Shown here: positions 8,775-18,530 of the stretch, in pieces
How the letters are laid out: each line of letters begins with the position of its first letter
How positions within the stretch are numbered: the first letter of the stretch is position 1
NCBI GenBank assembly: GCA_963758295.1
Contig: CAVWUU010000006.1
Span: 97,779-161,778, forward strand
Direction: 5' to 3'
Length of the DNA stretch: 64,000 nt
DNA from: Candidatus Eremiobacteria bacterium
Lineage (GTDB): Bacteria > Vulcanimicrobiota > Vulcanimicrobiia > Vulcanimicrobiales > Vulcanimicrobiaceae
The notes under the pieces: generated by a model
What the model was told of the DNA's origin: nothing
Database searches by the model: none
Seen by the model: only the letters and a program-made list of their open reading frames with translations
Translations under genes and position numbers: made by a program

Positions 8775-8812
8775 TTAGCGCTATTTCGAGGAGCCGCCTG
8801 CCGGCGGGAGAA
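8775..8812. promoter_or_regulatory. Overlapping divergent sigma-H-like promoters (AGGA-N17-GAA on +, AGGC-N18-TAA on -)
   Basis: Motifs end 11 and 10 nt before the start codons at 8824 and 8764. Confidence 0.45.
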
Positions 8813-8823
8813 CCGTAGCGGCA

Positions 8824-9165
8824 ATGTCTTTGGAGAAACAAGTTGCGAAAATGGACGACGCTGAATTGACGTCGCTTTTACGCAACGGAATCGGCGAAAT
8901 GCCGGAACCCGCATTACGCGCGTTAGTGGCATCTATTTTCGATGCGTTCCGCGATCGCGGCGAGTCGTCGGAAGACGCCGCCGAAGGCGCCGAAACGCCG
9001 CTCGACGCTATAGAGCGCGGCGAACGCCGGGCGGTCGACGCGCTGGTGCGTTACGCGGGCGAAAATACGGGCCTATTAAAAGAAGCCATCGCACTTTTCG
9101 AAGAGTCGCACGCCGAGAAAGTCCCCGCCCTTCCGGAGCCGTTGCAAACAGGCTCGAGCGAATAA
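8824..9165 (+). CDS. Hypothetical acidic helical protein
   Basis: 113-aa ORF with plausible codon usage. Confidence 0.7.
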   Translation: MSLEKQVAKMDDAELTSLLRNGIGEMPEPALRALVASIFDAFRDRGESSEDAAEGAETPLDAIERGERRAVDALVRYAGENTGLLKEAIALFEESHAEKVPALPEPLQTGSSE

Positions 9166-9171
9166 GCCTCG

Positions 9172-9933
9172 GTGGACGATTACACTCGCCGGCGCCGTCG
9201 CATAGCCCCCGAAGAACCGCAGGGCGGGGGCGGACTGCCGATCTTTCCGCTGGTCCTGGCTGTCATTTTTGCCGGCTTGCTTTTGGGCGGTCTGCTCGCG
9301 CATTTCATGGGCAACCGTTCGCCCGTACCGGCCGGCGCGTCTTCGGCCCCGTCGGTCACCCCGCTTCCGGCCGAAGGATCCACGCCAACGCTCGGGCCCA
9401 CCGCAACGCCCGAGCCGAGTGAGTTGCCGTCGCCTACGGCTTCCCCACAAAAATCAGCAAGGCCGACGTCGACCTCAAAACCGAGTCCCGAACCTACGCC
9501 AAGCCCCGCTCCCACGCTGACGCCTACGGCTCGCCCATCCGTCATCTTCATTACCCCCGCTCCGCAGGCGCCGTCCGCAAAAACCGCCGCCCCAAAAACA
9601 GCCGGAACCGCTGCACCTACGGAAACGCCCGCTCCTATCGCTCCCGGCGGCGGCTCCGACCGCGCCACTGCGGTCGTCCACTCGTATCTCTCTGCGCTCG
9701 CCCGCGGTGATGAATCAAGCGCCGCCAGCTACCTCATGAGCGGATTGCCGAGCGAAAAATTCATGGGTCCCGGCGCCAAAATCACTTCGCTCAACACCAT
9801 CAAAAATGCCGACGGCACTTATAAAGTCACCGCCGACATCCAAACCCAATCCGGCGAATACTTCGAGACTTTCACCGTCGAAAACGGTCCCGCCGGCATG
9901 CAAATCTCCGACCATTACTCCATCAAACCTTAA
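9172..9933 (+). CDS. Single-TM protein with Pro/Thr/Ser-rich linker and small C-terminal domain
   Basis: TM segment IFPLVLAVIFAGLLLGGLL; PT-rich linker. Confidence 0.8.
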   Translation: MDDYTRRRRRIAPEEPQGGGGLPIFPLVLAVIFAGLLLGGLLAHFMGNRSPVPAGASSAPSVTPLPAEGSTPTLGPTATPEPSELPSPTASPQKSARPTSTSKPSPEPTPSPAPTLTPTARPSVIFITPAPQAPSAKTAAPKTAGTAAPTETPAPIAPGGGSDRATAVVHSYLSALARGDESSAASYLMSGLPSEKFMGPGAKITSLNTIKNADGTYKVTADIQTQSGEYFETFTVENGPAGMQISDHYSIKP

Positions 9934-10117
9934 CCTCGCCGCTCCCCGATCGCCTCCCAGCATTGTTTCCCGCTCTCATACAGAGCGCAACCGCGGAAGT
10001 TTGCTGGCGGCAAGTTGTGGGAAAAGGGAAGGCCCAGTGGATGCATTCGTATCAGAACGTCCGGATTTTCGGATGTACTGGTTGAACAGCGTCCGCCATT
10101 TTGCACTCTCATGGGGC

Positions 10118-10142
10118 AGGGCCGCCGGTTCCGCCCTCTTAA
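10118..10142 (+). promoter_or_regulatory. Putative sigma-H-like promoter AGGG-N18-TAA, 11 nt before the rsbR ATG
   Basis: Read directly; spacing shared with other instances. Confidence 0.45.
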
Positions 10143-10153
10143 CAGCAGGGGCC

Positions 10154-11005
10154 ATGACGACAGTACAGGACACGAGCACCCGGATGGCCGGATCGCTGCA
10201 GACCAGTCGCGATCGCATCACGAGCCAGTGGATTGCTGCAGTGAGCGCTTCGTCTAAAGGGCGGTTGAGCGCTAACGAAACCAAGGAAGAACTGTTCCCG
10301 ATTTTCGATGCGCTGGTTCGCGGAATGCGCCAAGGCTCGTTCGACGCAAATCATTCCGCGTACGACGAGTTGCGTGCGATGCTCTCGGAGTATTCAGGTA
10401 CGCGCGCGCGCAGCGGCTTTACACCTTCGGAGACCGCGATTGCCGTGTTCGCTTTGCGTGATGCCGTGCTGACGGCGCTCGAAGGAGGCAACGACGCAGA
10501 CTATGCCGAGTTTGCGCCGTTCTCGCGTCTGATCGACGAATTCGGTTTGATGACGTTCGAAGCGTTCGCGCAAACTCGTGAGACGATTATTACGAGCCAA
10601 GCCGAACAATTGCTCGAGCTCTCCACGCCGGTCGTGAAACTGTGGGATGGTGTCGTCGCCGTTCCCCTCGTGGGAACACTCGATTCGGCCCGCACGCAAG
10701 TCGTGATGGAAGAGCTGCTTCAAGCGCTGGTTTCTTCCGGGAGCGCGCATGCGATCATCGACATCACCGGCGTTGCCGCGGTCGATACACAGGTTGCGCA
10801 ACATTTGCTGAAAACCGTTATGGCGGCGCGCCTTATGGGTGCGGAATGCATGATCTCCGGCATCCGTCCGCAGATCGCCCAAACGATCGTCGCGCTCGGA
10901 ATCGAATTCGGCGACATCGTTACGAAGGCAACGCTTGCCGATGCTCTGCGCCTCACTCTGCAACGCGCCGGCTTTGAAGTGCGAAAAGGCGACCGCAAAG
11001 CGTGA
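10154..11005 (+). CDS. rsbR: Stressosome RsbR (N-terminal RsbRD_N/globin-like domain plus STAS)
   Basis: LLELSTPVV, PLVGTLDS, IIDITGV..VDTQVA, ISGIRPQIAQT. Confidence 0.92.
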   Translation: MTTVQDTSTRMAGSLQTSRDRITSQWIAAVSASSKGRLSANETKEELFPIFDALVRGMRQGSFDANHSAYDELRAMLSEYSGTRARSGFTPSETAIAVFALRDAVLTALEGGNDADYAEFAPFSRLIDEFGLMTFEAFAQTRETIITSQAEQLLELSTPVVKLWDGVVAVPLVGTLDSARTQVVMEELLQALVSSGSAHAIIDITGVAAVDTQVAQHLLKTVMAARLMGAECMISGIRPQIAQTIVALGIEFGDIVTKATLADALRLTLQRAGFEVRKGDRKA

Positions 11006-11430
11006 CCGATCGTATTCCGATCCTGAAGGTCGGAGAATTTCTCCTCGTTTCGATTCAAACGGATTTAAGCGACGATACGACGATGGCGCTTCAGGACGAT
11101 CTGTCCAACCGCATCGTCCAGACCGGAGCGCGGGGTGTCGTCATCGACATCTCGGCGCTTGAGATCGTCGATAGCTTCATCGGACGAATGCTGGCGACGA
11201 TTGCCTCCATGTCGCGGGTCCTTGATGCCGACACGGTCGTGGCAGGTATGCGGCCTGCAGTAGCAATTACGCTCACCGAACTAGGTCTCTATCTCGGCGG
11301 AGTTCGAACCGCTCTCACTTTGGAAATGGCGTTTGAACTGCTCCGCCGGCGTCTGAGTGTTGCCCACGTCGTCGAAGAAGATGACGAAGCGTCGGCTTTG
11401 CGGGCCGAGGCCGAAATTGCGACTAGCTGA
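11002..11430 (+). CDS. rsbS: Stressosome RsbS (STAS)
   Basis: IPILK, IDISALEIVDSF (phospho-Ser motif), GMRPAVAITL. Confidence 0.92.
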   Translation: MTDRIPILKVGEFLLVSIQTDLSDDTTMALQDDLSNRIVQTGARGVVIDISALEIVDSFIGRMLATIASMSRVLDADTVVAGMRPAVAITLTELGLYLGGVRTALTLEMAFELLRRRLSVAHVVEEDDEASALRAEAEIATS

Positions 11431-11851
11431 TTCCCTTGCTGCTTCCGGCGAAGCGGGCGTCGCAAAATTCGAGATTCAAAGCGATGCCGACGTCGTTCGA
11501 GTGCGGCAAGCCGTTCGCGCGCTTGCGCAACAAGCGAAGCTTTCGATCGTCGAGCAGACGAAGGTCGTCACGGCGGCGAGCGAACTAGCGCGAAATACGC
11601 TTATTCACGGCGGCGGCGGCACGGCGGAGGTACAGCTTGTCAGCGAAGGCCCGAAAACCGGCATTCGCGCGACCTTCGCCGACCACGGCCCCGGCATCGC
11701 CGATCTCGAGCGCGCGATGACCGGCGGCTTCAGCACCGGCAGCGGTCTCGGCCTGGGCCTCTCGGGGAGCCGCCGTCTTGTGGATGCCTTCGATCTGGAC
11801 ACGGAAGCTGGACGCGGCACCCGCATCACGGTAACGAAGTGGGCTCGGTGA
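11417..11851 (+). CDS. rsbT: Stressosome Ser/Thr kinase RsbT
   Basis: DVVRVRQ, SELARN, DHGPGI, GFSTGSGLGLGL, GRGTRI; start approximate. Confidence 0.92.
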   Translation: MRLADSLAASGEAGVAKFEIQSDADVVRVRQAVRALAQQAKLSIVEQTKVVTAASELARNTLIHGGGGTAEVQLVSEGPKTGIRATFADHGPGIADLERAMTGGFSTGSGLGLGLSGSRRLVDAFDLDTEAGRGTRITVTKWAR

Positions 11852-12840
11852 TCGAATGGTCGGAAGACGCCGCATGGATTCCGGTAGAGGATGAAAGTGC
11901 GCCCGGCCGCGTGCGGCGCATGGCGATTGCGCGGGCAAAGGCACTCGGGCTTCCGGAGCATCGCGTGGGCGAAGTTGCGATTGCGGCGACGGAGCTCGCA
12001 ACGAATCTTCAGCGTCATGCCGTGCGCGGCGTCATGCTGGTTCAGGTGCGTCGCGACACCGCAACGGTCGAGTTGTTGGCTTTGGATTCAGGCCCCGGCG
12101 TAGCGGATCTCAGCGCGTTGACGCGCGATGGAAATTCAACGGCTGGAACGCTTGGCATCGGGCTCGGCGCGTTGACGCGGCTTGCCACGACTTTCGACGC
12201 GCATTCCGTTCCGGGGAGGGGAACGGTCGTGCTTGTCACGTTCGGGTCATCCGCCGAACCGCCGGAACGCGTGCCGGTTGCGGGGCTGACGCGATCGATG
12301 AACGGCGAAACGGCGTGCGGTGACGCCTGGGCGCAACGCACGGGGAATCGAACGACGACGCTTTTACTTGCCGATGGTTTGGGCCATGGAGAGCTCGCCG
12401 CCATCGCATCCCGTGCGGCGGTGCGCACGTTTATCTCCGTCGAAGAAGAAGACGACCTTACGAGCATCATGCAGCGCTTCGACGGCGCACTGCGAAGCAC
12501 GCGCGGCGCCGCGGTTGCCTTGCTGCGCATCGACCGCGACGCCGCGAAGGTTCGCTTTGCCGGGGTCGGCAACGTCAGCGCGTGGATCGATGACGGCGAA
12601 AAACGCCAAGGACTTGTATCAATGCCCGGCATCGTGGGCAGCAACGTGAAAAAGATTCGAGAGATCGAAGTGGGGCTTCCCGAAGACGCCGTGATCGTCA
12701 TGCATTCCGACGGAATTAGCGCCAAATGGAATTTGAAGTCGTATCCCGGCTTGCGCGCGCACGACCGGCGCATTGTGGCCGCCACTTTACTTCGTGACGC
12801 CGGCGTCCATCACGACGACGCGTCCATCTTGGTCGCATGA
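11848..12840 (+). CDS. RsbT-like HATPase plus SpoIIE/PP2C phosphatase (RsbX-like)
   Basis: TELATN, DSGPG, TLGIGLG; CGD, ADGLGHG, HSDGI, DDAS. Confidence 0.88.
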   Translation: MIEWSEDAAWIPVEDESAPGRVRRMAIARAKALGLPEHRVGEVAIAATELATNLQRHAVRGVMLVQVRRDTATVELLALDSGPGVADLSALTRDGNSTAGTLGIGLGALTRLATTFDAHSVPGRGTVVLVTFGSSAEPPERVPVAGLTRSMNGETACGDAWAQRTGNRTTTLLLADGLGHGELAAIASRAAVRTFISVEEEDDLTSIMQRFDGALRSTRGAAVALLRIDRDAAKVRFAGVGNVSAWIDDGEKRQGLVSMPGIVGSNVKKIREIEVGLPEDAVIVMHSDGISAKWNLKSYPGLRAHDRRIVAATLLRDAGVHHDDASILVA

Positions 12841-14612
12841 GCGCCAAGCCCGCAACGCTCTCCGTGCGCCGTCCGGAAGACGTCTTCGTGCTCCGGCAAA
12901 GCGGGCGCGCGGCGGCGGCCGTTCTTGGCTGCGAGGAGGCAGACCAGGTACGATTCGCGACCGCTTTGAGCGAGCTCGGCCGCGAGGCGCTGTTGCATCG
13001 CGGCAAACCGTCGGTGACGTTTACGGTGAGCTCCGCCGGAACGCTGGATGTTTCCATGGAGCGTTTTCCGCGCGCGGGCCTAACAAAAAGCGGAACGTTC
13101 AGCGGATTCGAGGCCGCGCGCAAACTGTTGGATACCGTAACCGTAAGCGATCTAGGCGAAACTGCCGACGTCGTTACCGTGGTGTTGAAGCGAACGCCGC
13201 CGCGCCGGCATCCCGCTTACACGGCACAAGAAGTGTACGAAGCGATCCGCCGCACGGCGGTTCCGCAGCCGCTCGAAGAATTGCGCCTTGAGAATCGCGA
13301 TTTGATTGCGACTCTCGAAGAAGTCCGCGCCAAACAGGACGAGCTGATTCGACTGAACGCCGAACTCGAAGAAACGAATCGCGGCGTGATGGCTATGTAC
13401 TCGCAACTCGCCGGAGAACTGGAAGAGACGAACCGCGGCGTTGTTGCGCTCTATGCCGAACTTGACGACAAGAGCGCGCGGCTCAACGAAGCAAACGAAG
13501 CCAAAAGCCGCTTCTTGGCCAATGCGAGCCACGAATTGCGCAGCCCGGTCAACTCCATTCTGGGCCTCGTGCGCCTAATGCTCGATCCCGAAAGCGACGC
13601 GCTCACAGAAGAACAGCGCAAGCAATTGGCGCTGATCATGACGTCTTCCAGCGAGTTGCTAAAGCTTGTCAACGATCTGCTCGATCTTGCGAAAGCCGAG
13701 GCCGGCAAGTTACAGCCCGAAGTTTCGCCAGTGCATCTTGACGAGCTCTTCGGCGAACTGCGCGGGTCGCTTCGTCCGCTCGCCCGTGTTGGGGTGACGC
13801 TCGTCGTCGACCCGCCGCAAACGCCCGTGCTGGAGACGGACCGTACGCTGCTCATGCAGATTCTTCGAAATCTAGCAAGCAATGCTTTGAAGTTCACGCT
13901 GCAAGGCGAAGTTCGAATTTCTGCTCGGCCCAGCTCGCCGTACGAGATTGAAGTTACGGTAACCGATACCGGCGTTGGAATCGCGCCCGATGACCAGGCC
14001 AAGATCTTCGAGGAGTTTTTCCAAGTTCGCGGACCGCTGCAGGTCGATCAAAAAGGCAGCGGATTAGGCCTTCCTTACGCGCGCCGTGTATCGCGCGCTC
14101 TGGGCGGAGACATCACGCTCGTGAGCGCCGCCGGGAAAGGCAGCACGTTCGTCGTACGCCTTCCGGTGCTGTGGCCGGTCTTGGCGCGCCCGTCACAGTT
14201 GCCCACGGTCGAAGAACTCAAACCCCTTGGGATCGGCACCGTGCTGGTGGTCGACGACGATGACGGCTTTCGCACGGTCTTGCGTGGAATGCTACAGGGC
14301 TTGGCTACGCACGTGCTGGAAGCGCGCGGCGGCGCCGAAGGCCTGGAGCTCATGCGCTCCGCGCGTCCCGACATGGCGTTCATCGATTTACAAATGCCGG
14401 ATATCGACGGTGGAGATGTCCTTGCCGAAATGAACGCCGATCCAAATTTGCGCAACATTCCCGTCGTCATCGTTACGTCGACGCAACTGAACGTGCGTCA
14501 TCGCGCGCGGCTCGGCATGGCATCGTCACTGCTCGGAAAGTCGGAGCTCACGCGTGCGACCGTGCATCGCGTCTTGTCTCAAGTCTTGGAAACCGTGGGC
14601 GCGCCTAAATGA
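12837..14612 (+). CDS. Hybrid sensor histidine kinase (HisKA-HATPase-REC)
   Basis: SHELRSP, NLASNALKFT, DTGVGI, GSGLGL; C-terminal receiver VVDDD..DLQMP..K. Confidence 0.92.
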   Translation: MSAKPATLSVRRPEDVFVLRQSGRAAAAVLGCEEADQVRFATALSELGREALLHRGKPSVTFTVSSAGTLDVSMERFPRAGLTKSGTFSGFEAARKLLDTVTVSDLGETADVVTVVLKRTPPRRHPAYTAQEVYEAIRRTAVPQPLEELRLENRDLIATLEEVRAKQDELIRLNAELEETNRGVMAMYSQLAGELEETNRGVVALYAELDDKSARLNEANEAKSRFLANASHELRSPVNSILGLVRLMLDPESDALTEEQRKQLALIMTSSSELLKLVNDLLDLAKAEAGKLQPEVSPVHLDELFGELRGSLRPLARVGVTLVVDPPQTPVLETDRTLLMQILRNLASNALKFTLQGEVRISARPSSPYEIEVTVTDTGVGIAPDDQAKIFEEFFQVRGPLQVDQKGSGLGLPYARRVSRALGGDITLVSAAGKGSTFVVRLPVLWPVLARPSQLPTVEELKPLGIGTVLVVDDDDGFRTVLRGMLQGLATHVLEARGGAEGLELMRSARPDMAFIDLQMPDIDGGDVLAEMNADPNLRNIPVVIVTSTQLNVRHRARLGMASSLLGKSELTRATVHRVLSQVLETVGAPK

Positions 14613-16246
14613 TTGAAGAGAATCCCGCTCTAGCTCATCCCCGCGTCTTGGTCGTGGACGACACGGAAAGCAACCGGTACGTTCTCGCAGCGTGGCTTCG
14701 CCGTGCGGGATACGACGTGACGGAAGCACGCACCGGACAAGAAGCAATCGCCGCCGTCGATTCGCGCCGTTTCGATCTCGTCGTGCTGGACGTCTATCTG
14801 CCGGACCTGAGCGGTTACGCGGTGTGCGAGTACATCAAAGACCGGAAGTGCGCTCCCAACCTGCCCGTGTTGCACGTTTCCTCGGTAGCAACTCAAGCCG
14901 CCGATCGTTCCGAAGGCCTGCGGCGCGGCGCCGAAGGCTATTTGGCCGAACCAATCGAGCGCGAAGAATTGCTTGCGACGGTGGAAGCGCTTCTTCGCGC
15001 CGCGTCCGCGCAGCGTGTCGCAGAACGCTTGTCGCGCCGGCTACGTCAGCTCAACGAAGCCACGCTTGCCGTGAATGAAGCCGAGGGTGTGGAAGATCTG
15101 GTATTGCACATTGCGAGCCAGGCAGCGAAACTCTTCGAGGCGCCGGCCATAGCCGCCATTATCGCCGACGACGTCGCGCTTGCCGCCATAAGCGCGCAGG
15201 ACGGGTCCGCGCTGCTGGAGCCATGTGCGGCGCGCGACGTGGACGCGCTGTATCGCGCCGTGGGCACGAATTTCAGCGTTTCCGGGAAAGTCGTAGCGGC
15301 GATTATGCCCGGTGCAACGGGCGAAGCGTATTTGTGCACCATTTTGGCGCAGAATAGCGAGCAGCGCGCAGTGCTTTTAATCGACGGTACCGGCGCAACC
15401 GGCGGCGCCGACGAGAGCATTGCGGTGTTGAGTCAGTTCGGCCGTGCCGCCAGCACCGCTTTGCGAAACATGCGTTCGTACGATATCGAGCGCGGCATCG
15501 CGCTGACGTTGCAGAAGAGTTTACTTCCGGAAGCGCCTCCGAACATTCCGGGCCTCGAGATTGCGACGCGTTATGCTGCGAGCGCGAAACATTCCGAAGT
15601 CGGCGGCGACTTCTACGAAATTTTCATGTTCGACGAACGGCGGATGGCCATCGCGATCGGCGACGTGGTCGGCCACTCGCTCGAAGCAGCCACGATCATG
15701 GCGCAATTGCGTACCGGTATACGGTGCTACGCTTTGGAAGGCCACGGGCCGACGGCAATCATCGATCGATTGAACCGCCTGCTCTACGAGTTCCATCGAG
15801 ACGTGACGGCAACCGTCTGCTTTGCGCTATACGACATCGAAACCGGAGAGTGCCGGATTGCCAACGCCGGCCATTTGCCGCCGATGCTCGCGTCCGCGGA
15901 CGGCGTGGAGCTGCTTCCGCTTGGAGGACCGATGCTCGGGATCGATGCACCGGCAAGGCCGCCGCACACGGTTCAGCTTGCGCCGGGCGACGTGTTGTTT
16001 TTTTATACCGACGGACTGATCGAACGCCGGGACGAAGGTATCGACGAGGGACTCGAGCGCCTGGCACGCGCAGTGGAAGCGCGTCCGGAACGATTGGACG
16101 AGTTGTGTGACGGGTTACTGCGCGAAAACGAGTCGCGCTTCATCGACGACGTGGCGATCGTCGCTATTTCCCGCACCAGCATCTCCGCCGGCGCAACACT
16201 TCCGCTAGACCTCGGCGCCGATGCCGGTGTTGGCGCGAACCTGTAG
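14609..16246 (+). CDS. Response regulator receiver plus GAF-like region plus PP2C (SpoIIE) phosphatase
   Basis: LVVDD..DVYLP receiver; VGGDFY, GDVVGH, NAGH, YTDGL, DDVA. Confidence 0.9.
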   Translation: MIEENPALAHPRVLVVDDTESNRYVLAAWLRRAGYDVTEARTGQEAIAAVDSRRFDLVVLDVYLPDLSGYAVCEYIKDRKCAPNLPVLHVSSVATQAADRSEGLRRGAEGYLAEPIEREELLATVEALLRAASAQRVAERLSRRLRQLNEATLAVNEAEGVEDLVLHIASQAAKLFEAPAIAAIIADDVALAAISAQDGSALLEPCAARDVDALYRAVGTNFSVSGKVVAAIMPGATGEAYLCTILAQNSEQRAVLLIDGTGATGGADESIAVLSQFGRAASTALRNMRSYDIERGIALTLQKSLLPEAPPNIPGLEIATRYAASAKHSEVGGDFYEIFMFDERRMAIAIGDVVGHSLEAATIMAQLRTGIRCYALEGHGPTAIIDRLNRLLYEFHRDVTATVCFALYDIETGECRIANAGHLPPMLASADGVELLPLGGPMLGIDAPARPPHTVQLAPGDVLFFYTDGLIERRDEGIDEGLERLARAVEARPERLDELCDGLLRENESRFIDDVAIVAISRTSISAGATLPLDLGADAGVGANL

Positions 16247-17833
16247 TTGCGTAAATAGTTCTTCCGACGTTCTATCGGGGACCCCCAGCGACCCGAGAAT
16301 TGCTCCCAAAAATCCCAGCGGAATTGAAATGATGCCGGGATTTCGCAATGGGAAAAGCGCGTGCGCGCCCATGAATTGCGGACTCACCGCAATCAACGCG
16401 ACCGACGAAATCAGGCCGGTAAGCATGCCGCACAGCGCACCGGTACCGGAGAACCGGCGCCACGTGAGCGCGAGCAGCAGAGCCGGCACGTTGGCGCTCG
16501 CCGCGACGGCAAACGCAAGTCCGACCAGATACGCGACGTTTTCACTGCGCAGTTGAACCGACAAGACGATTGAGAGCACACCGACGACGAATGCCGTCGT
16601 GCGGGCGACGAAAAGATACTCGCGCTCTTCGCCCCTCTGTCTTCGCACGAGCGTCCACCAAATGTCGTGCGCGAATGCCGACGACGCGGTGATCGTCAGG
16701 CCTGCGACGACCGCAAGAATGGTAGCGAAGGCTACAGCCGCGACGAAGGCCGTCAAGAGTGGACCACCGAGTGAATTTGCGAGCAGCGGCGTAGCCAGAT
16801 TGCTGTTTTGCGCCGGCACGATGAAGCCGTTGGTAGCGAGATCCGCATTGAGCGACGGGGCTTGTTCGGGATGCGTAGCGATATAACGAATCGCTTGGGT
16901 GTCGCGCACGTGCTTGCCGATGTTGTGCTGGCCGACAATCGTTGCCGCGCCAAGACCCAAGAACGTCGTCATCAAGTAGAAGACGCCGATGAGGACGATC
17001 GCCCAGCCGACCGACACGCGCGCGGCGCGTGCGTTTGGGACGGTGAAGAAACGCATGAGAATGTGGGGCAATCCGGCGGTGCCAAGCACAAGCGCTAAAC
17101 CGAGCGAAAGCAGATCGAGCGCGCCGGCTCTCCCGTGAAAGAGCAGCCCGGGCTGTAACAAGTTGACCGTCGCGTTTCCCGATCTAACGTGCGTTGAAGC
17201 ATCGAGCAATGCACCGAGGGAGAAGTGGAAGTGCACCAGCACGAGCGCGCTCAATGCCAGTGACGCGGCCACCATCAGGCCGGCTTTGATGATTTGCACC
17301 CACGTCGTCGCAAGCATGCCACCGAACAAAACATAGATCAGCATGATGCTGCCGATAAGGACGATGGCAAACGACTGATCGATGCGTTGCAGCATCAGGT
17401 TGATCAACGAGCCGGCGCCGACCATCTGCGCGATCATATACAGCAACGTGATGACCAACGTCGAAACCGCCGCCACGGCGCGAACCGCAGGGTTCTTCAA
17501 GCGATATGCAATCACGTCGGCCAGCGTGAATTTTCCGGTATTCCTCAGCGGCTCCGCGATGAGGAAGAGCACGGCGAGATATGCGACGAGCCAGCCGACC
17601 GCGTACATGAAGCCGTCGATCCCATAGAACGCAATGAGGCCCGTAATTCCCAAGAAAGAAGCGGCCGACATATAGTCGCCGGCGATCGCCCAGCCGTTCT
17701 GCGCGCCGGATATCTCGCGGTGTGCCGCATAGTAACCGCGGCTCGACATGCTTCGGCCGGCAGCCCAATACGTAACGATCAGCGTGATCGCCAGAAAGAC
17801 GGCAAACATGACGAGCGTCGCTTGCTCGATCAT
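16205..17833 (-). CDS. actP: Cation/acetate symporter (SSS family)
   Basis: NGWAIAGDYMSAASFLG, GGMLATTWVQIIKA, GTAGLPHILMRFFTVP. Confidence 0.92.
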   Translation of the reverse strand: MIEQATLVMFAVFLAITLIVTYWAAGRSMSSRGYYAAHREISGAQNGWAIAGDYMSAASFLGITGLIAFYGIDGFMYAVGWLVAYLAVLFLIAEPLRNTGKFTLADVIAYRLKNPAVRAVAAVSTLVITLLYMIAQMVGAGSLINLMLQRIDQSFAIVLIGSIMLIYVLFGGMLATTWVQIIKAGLMVAASLALSALVLVHFHFSLGALLDASTHVRSGNATVNLLQPGLLFHGRAGALDLLSLGLALVLGTAGLPHILMRFFTVPNARAARVSVGWAIVLIGVFYLMTTFLGLGAATIVGQHNIGKHVRDTQAIRYIATHPEQAPSLNADLATNGFIVPAQNSNLATPLLANSLGGPLLTAFVAAVAFATILAVVAGLTITASSAFAHDIWWTLVRRQRGEEREYLFVARTTAFVVGVLSIVLSVQLRSENVAYLVGLAFAVAASANVPALLLALTWRRFSGTGALCGMLTGLISSVALIAVSPQFMGAHALFPLRNPGIISIPLGFLGAILGSLGVPDRTSEELFTQLQVRANTGIGAEV

Positions 17834-18159
17834 TCTGCCGGCTCCGAGAAAGCGCGCGCGAGAATTTGTGCGGCCATCGTATCGAAAGACTTGGCAACGC
17901 GCATATAGGTTGCCAGCAAGACCCACGCAACCACGAATTGGACGAGCGCGAAGACGTACGCGTACGTGAGCGGGCCGATAGCGGGCCTGCTCATCGCTTC
18001 GGGAAAGAGTCCCACGCTCGCGGGAAGCGCCAAGTAAAAGAGAATCGAAAAGATTGCCGCTGGGATTATGAAGCGGCGTCGCGCGTGCACGAGAGCTTGA
18101 AACTCCGGATCGGCCGCCAGCGCATCCCACTCGCCGGGGCTCAAAGGACGATGCTGCAC
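17830..18159 (-). CDS. DUF485/YjcH-like small membrane protein
   Basis: PEFQALVHARRRF followed by two TM segments; canonical position upstream of actP. Confidence 0.85.
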   Translation of the reverse strand: MQHRPLSPGEWDALAADPEFQALVHARRRFIIPAAIFSILFYLALPASVGLFPEAMSRPAIGPLTYAYVFALVQFVVAWVLLATYMRVAKSFDTMAAQILARAFSEPAE

Positions 18160-18185
18160 CGCGGCTACTTCTCGCCCGGGCTGCG

Positions 18186-18512
18186 TTACCTCTTGATTCC
18201 GATGGCTTGCCGAACGGCCTCGCCCAGAAGCGCGTCTACGCAGAGTCCCGCGAGAAACGTTCCGATGGCAAAAACCGAGAAGAGCGTCGAGGTGCCGTAC
18301 GCTAAAGTGCGAGCCACAAGCACCACCGATGCGAACGCGAAGAGCGCGCCCAAGAGCAGGCGCAAAAGACCGGCGATGGCGCCACGTGCAGACGACATGC
18401 CGTGCGCGATATCGCGGACGATCGTTTCAGGCGCGCGGTTTCCGATGTTCCAGAGAACGAGCGCAAAAGCCGCGCAGCAGATGGCCGCTACGAATCGAGA
18501 GAAAGCGTCCAG
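18186..18512 (-). CDS. Small hypothetical membrane protein
   Basis: Open hydrophobic frame from just after the sufU stop to TAA 18186; start uncertain (CTG 18512 or ATG 18398). Confidence 0.5.
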   Translation of the reverse strand: MDAFSRFVAAICCAAFALVLWNIGNRAPETIVRDIAHGMSSARGAIAGLLRLLLGALFAFASVVLVARTLAYGTSTLFSVFAIGTFLAGLCVDALLGEAVRQAIGIKR

Positions 18513-18530
18513 CGTGACGACGAGCAGGGG

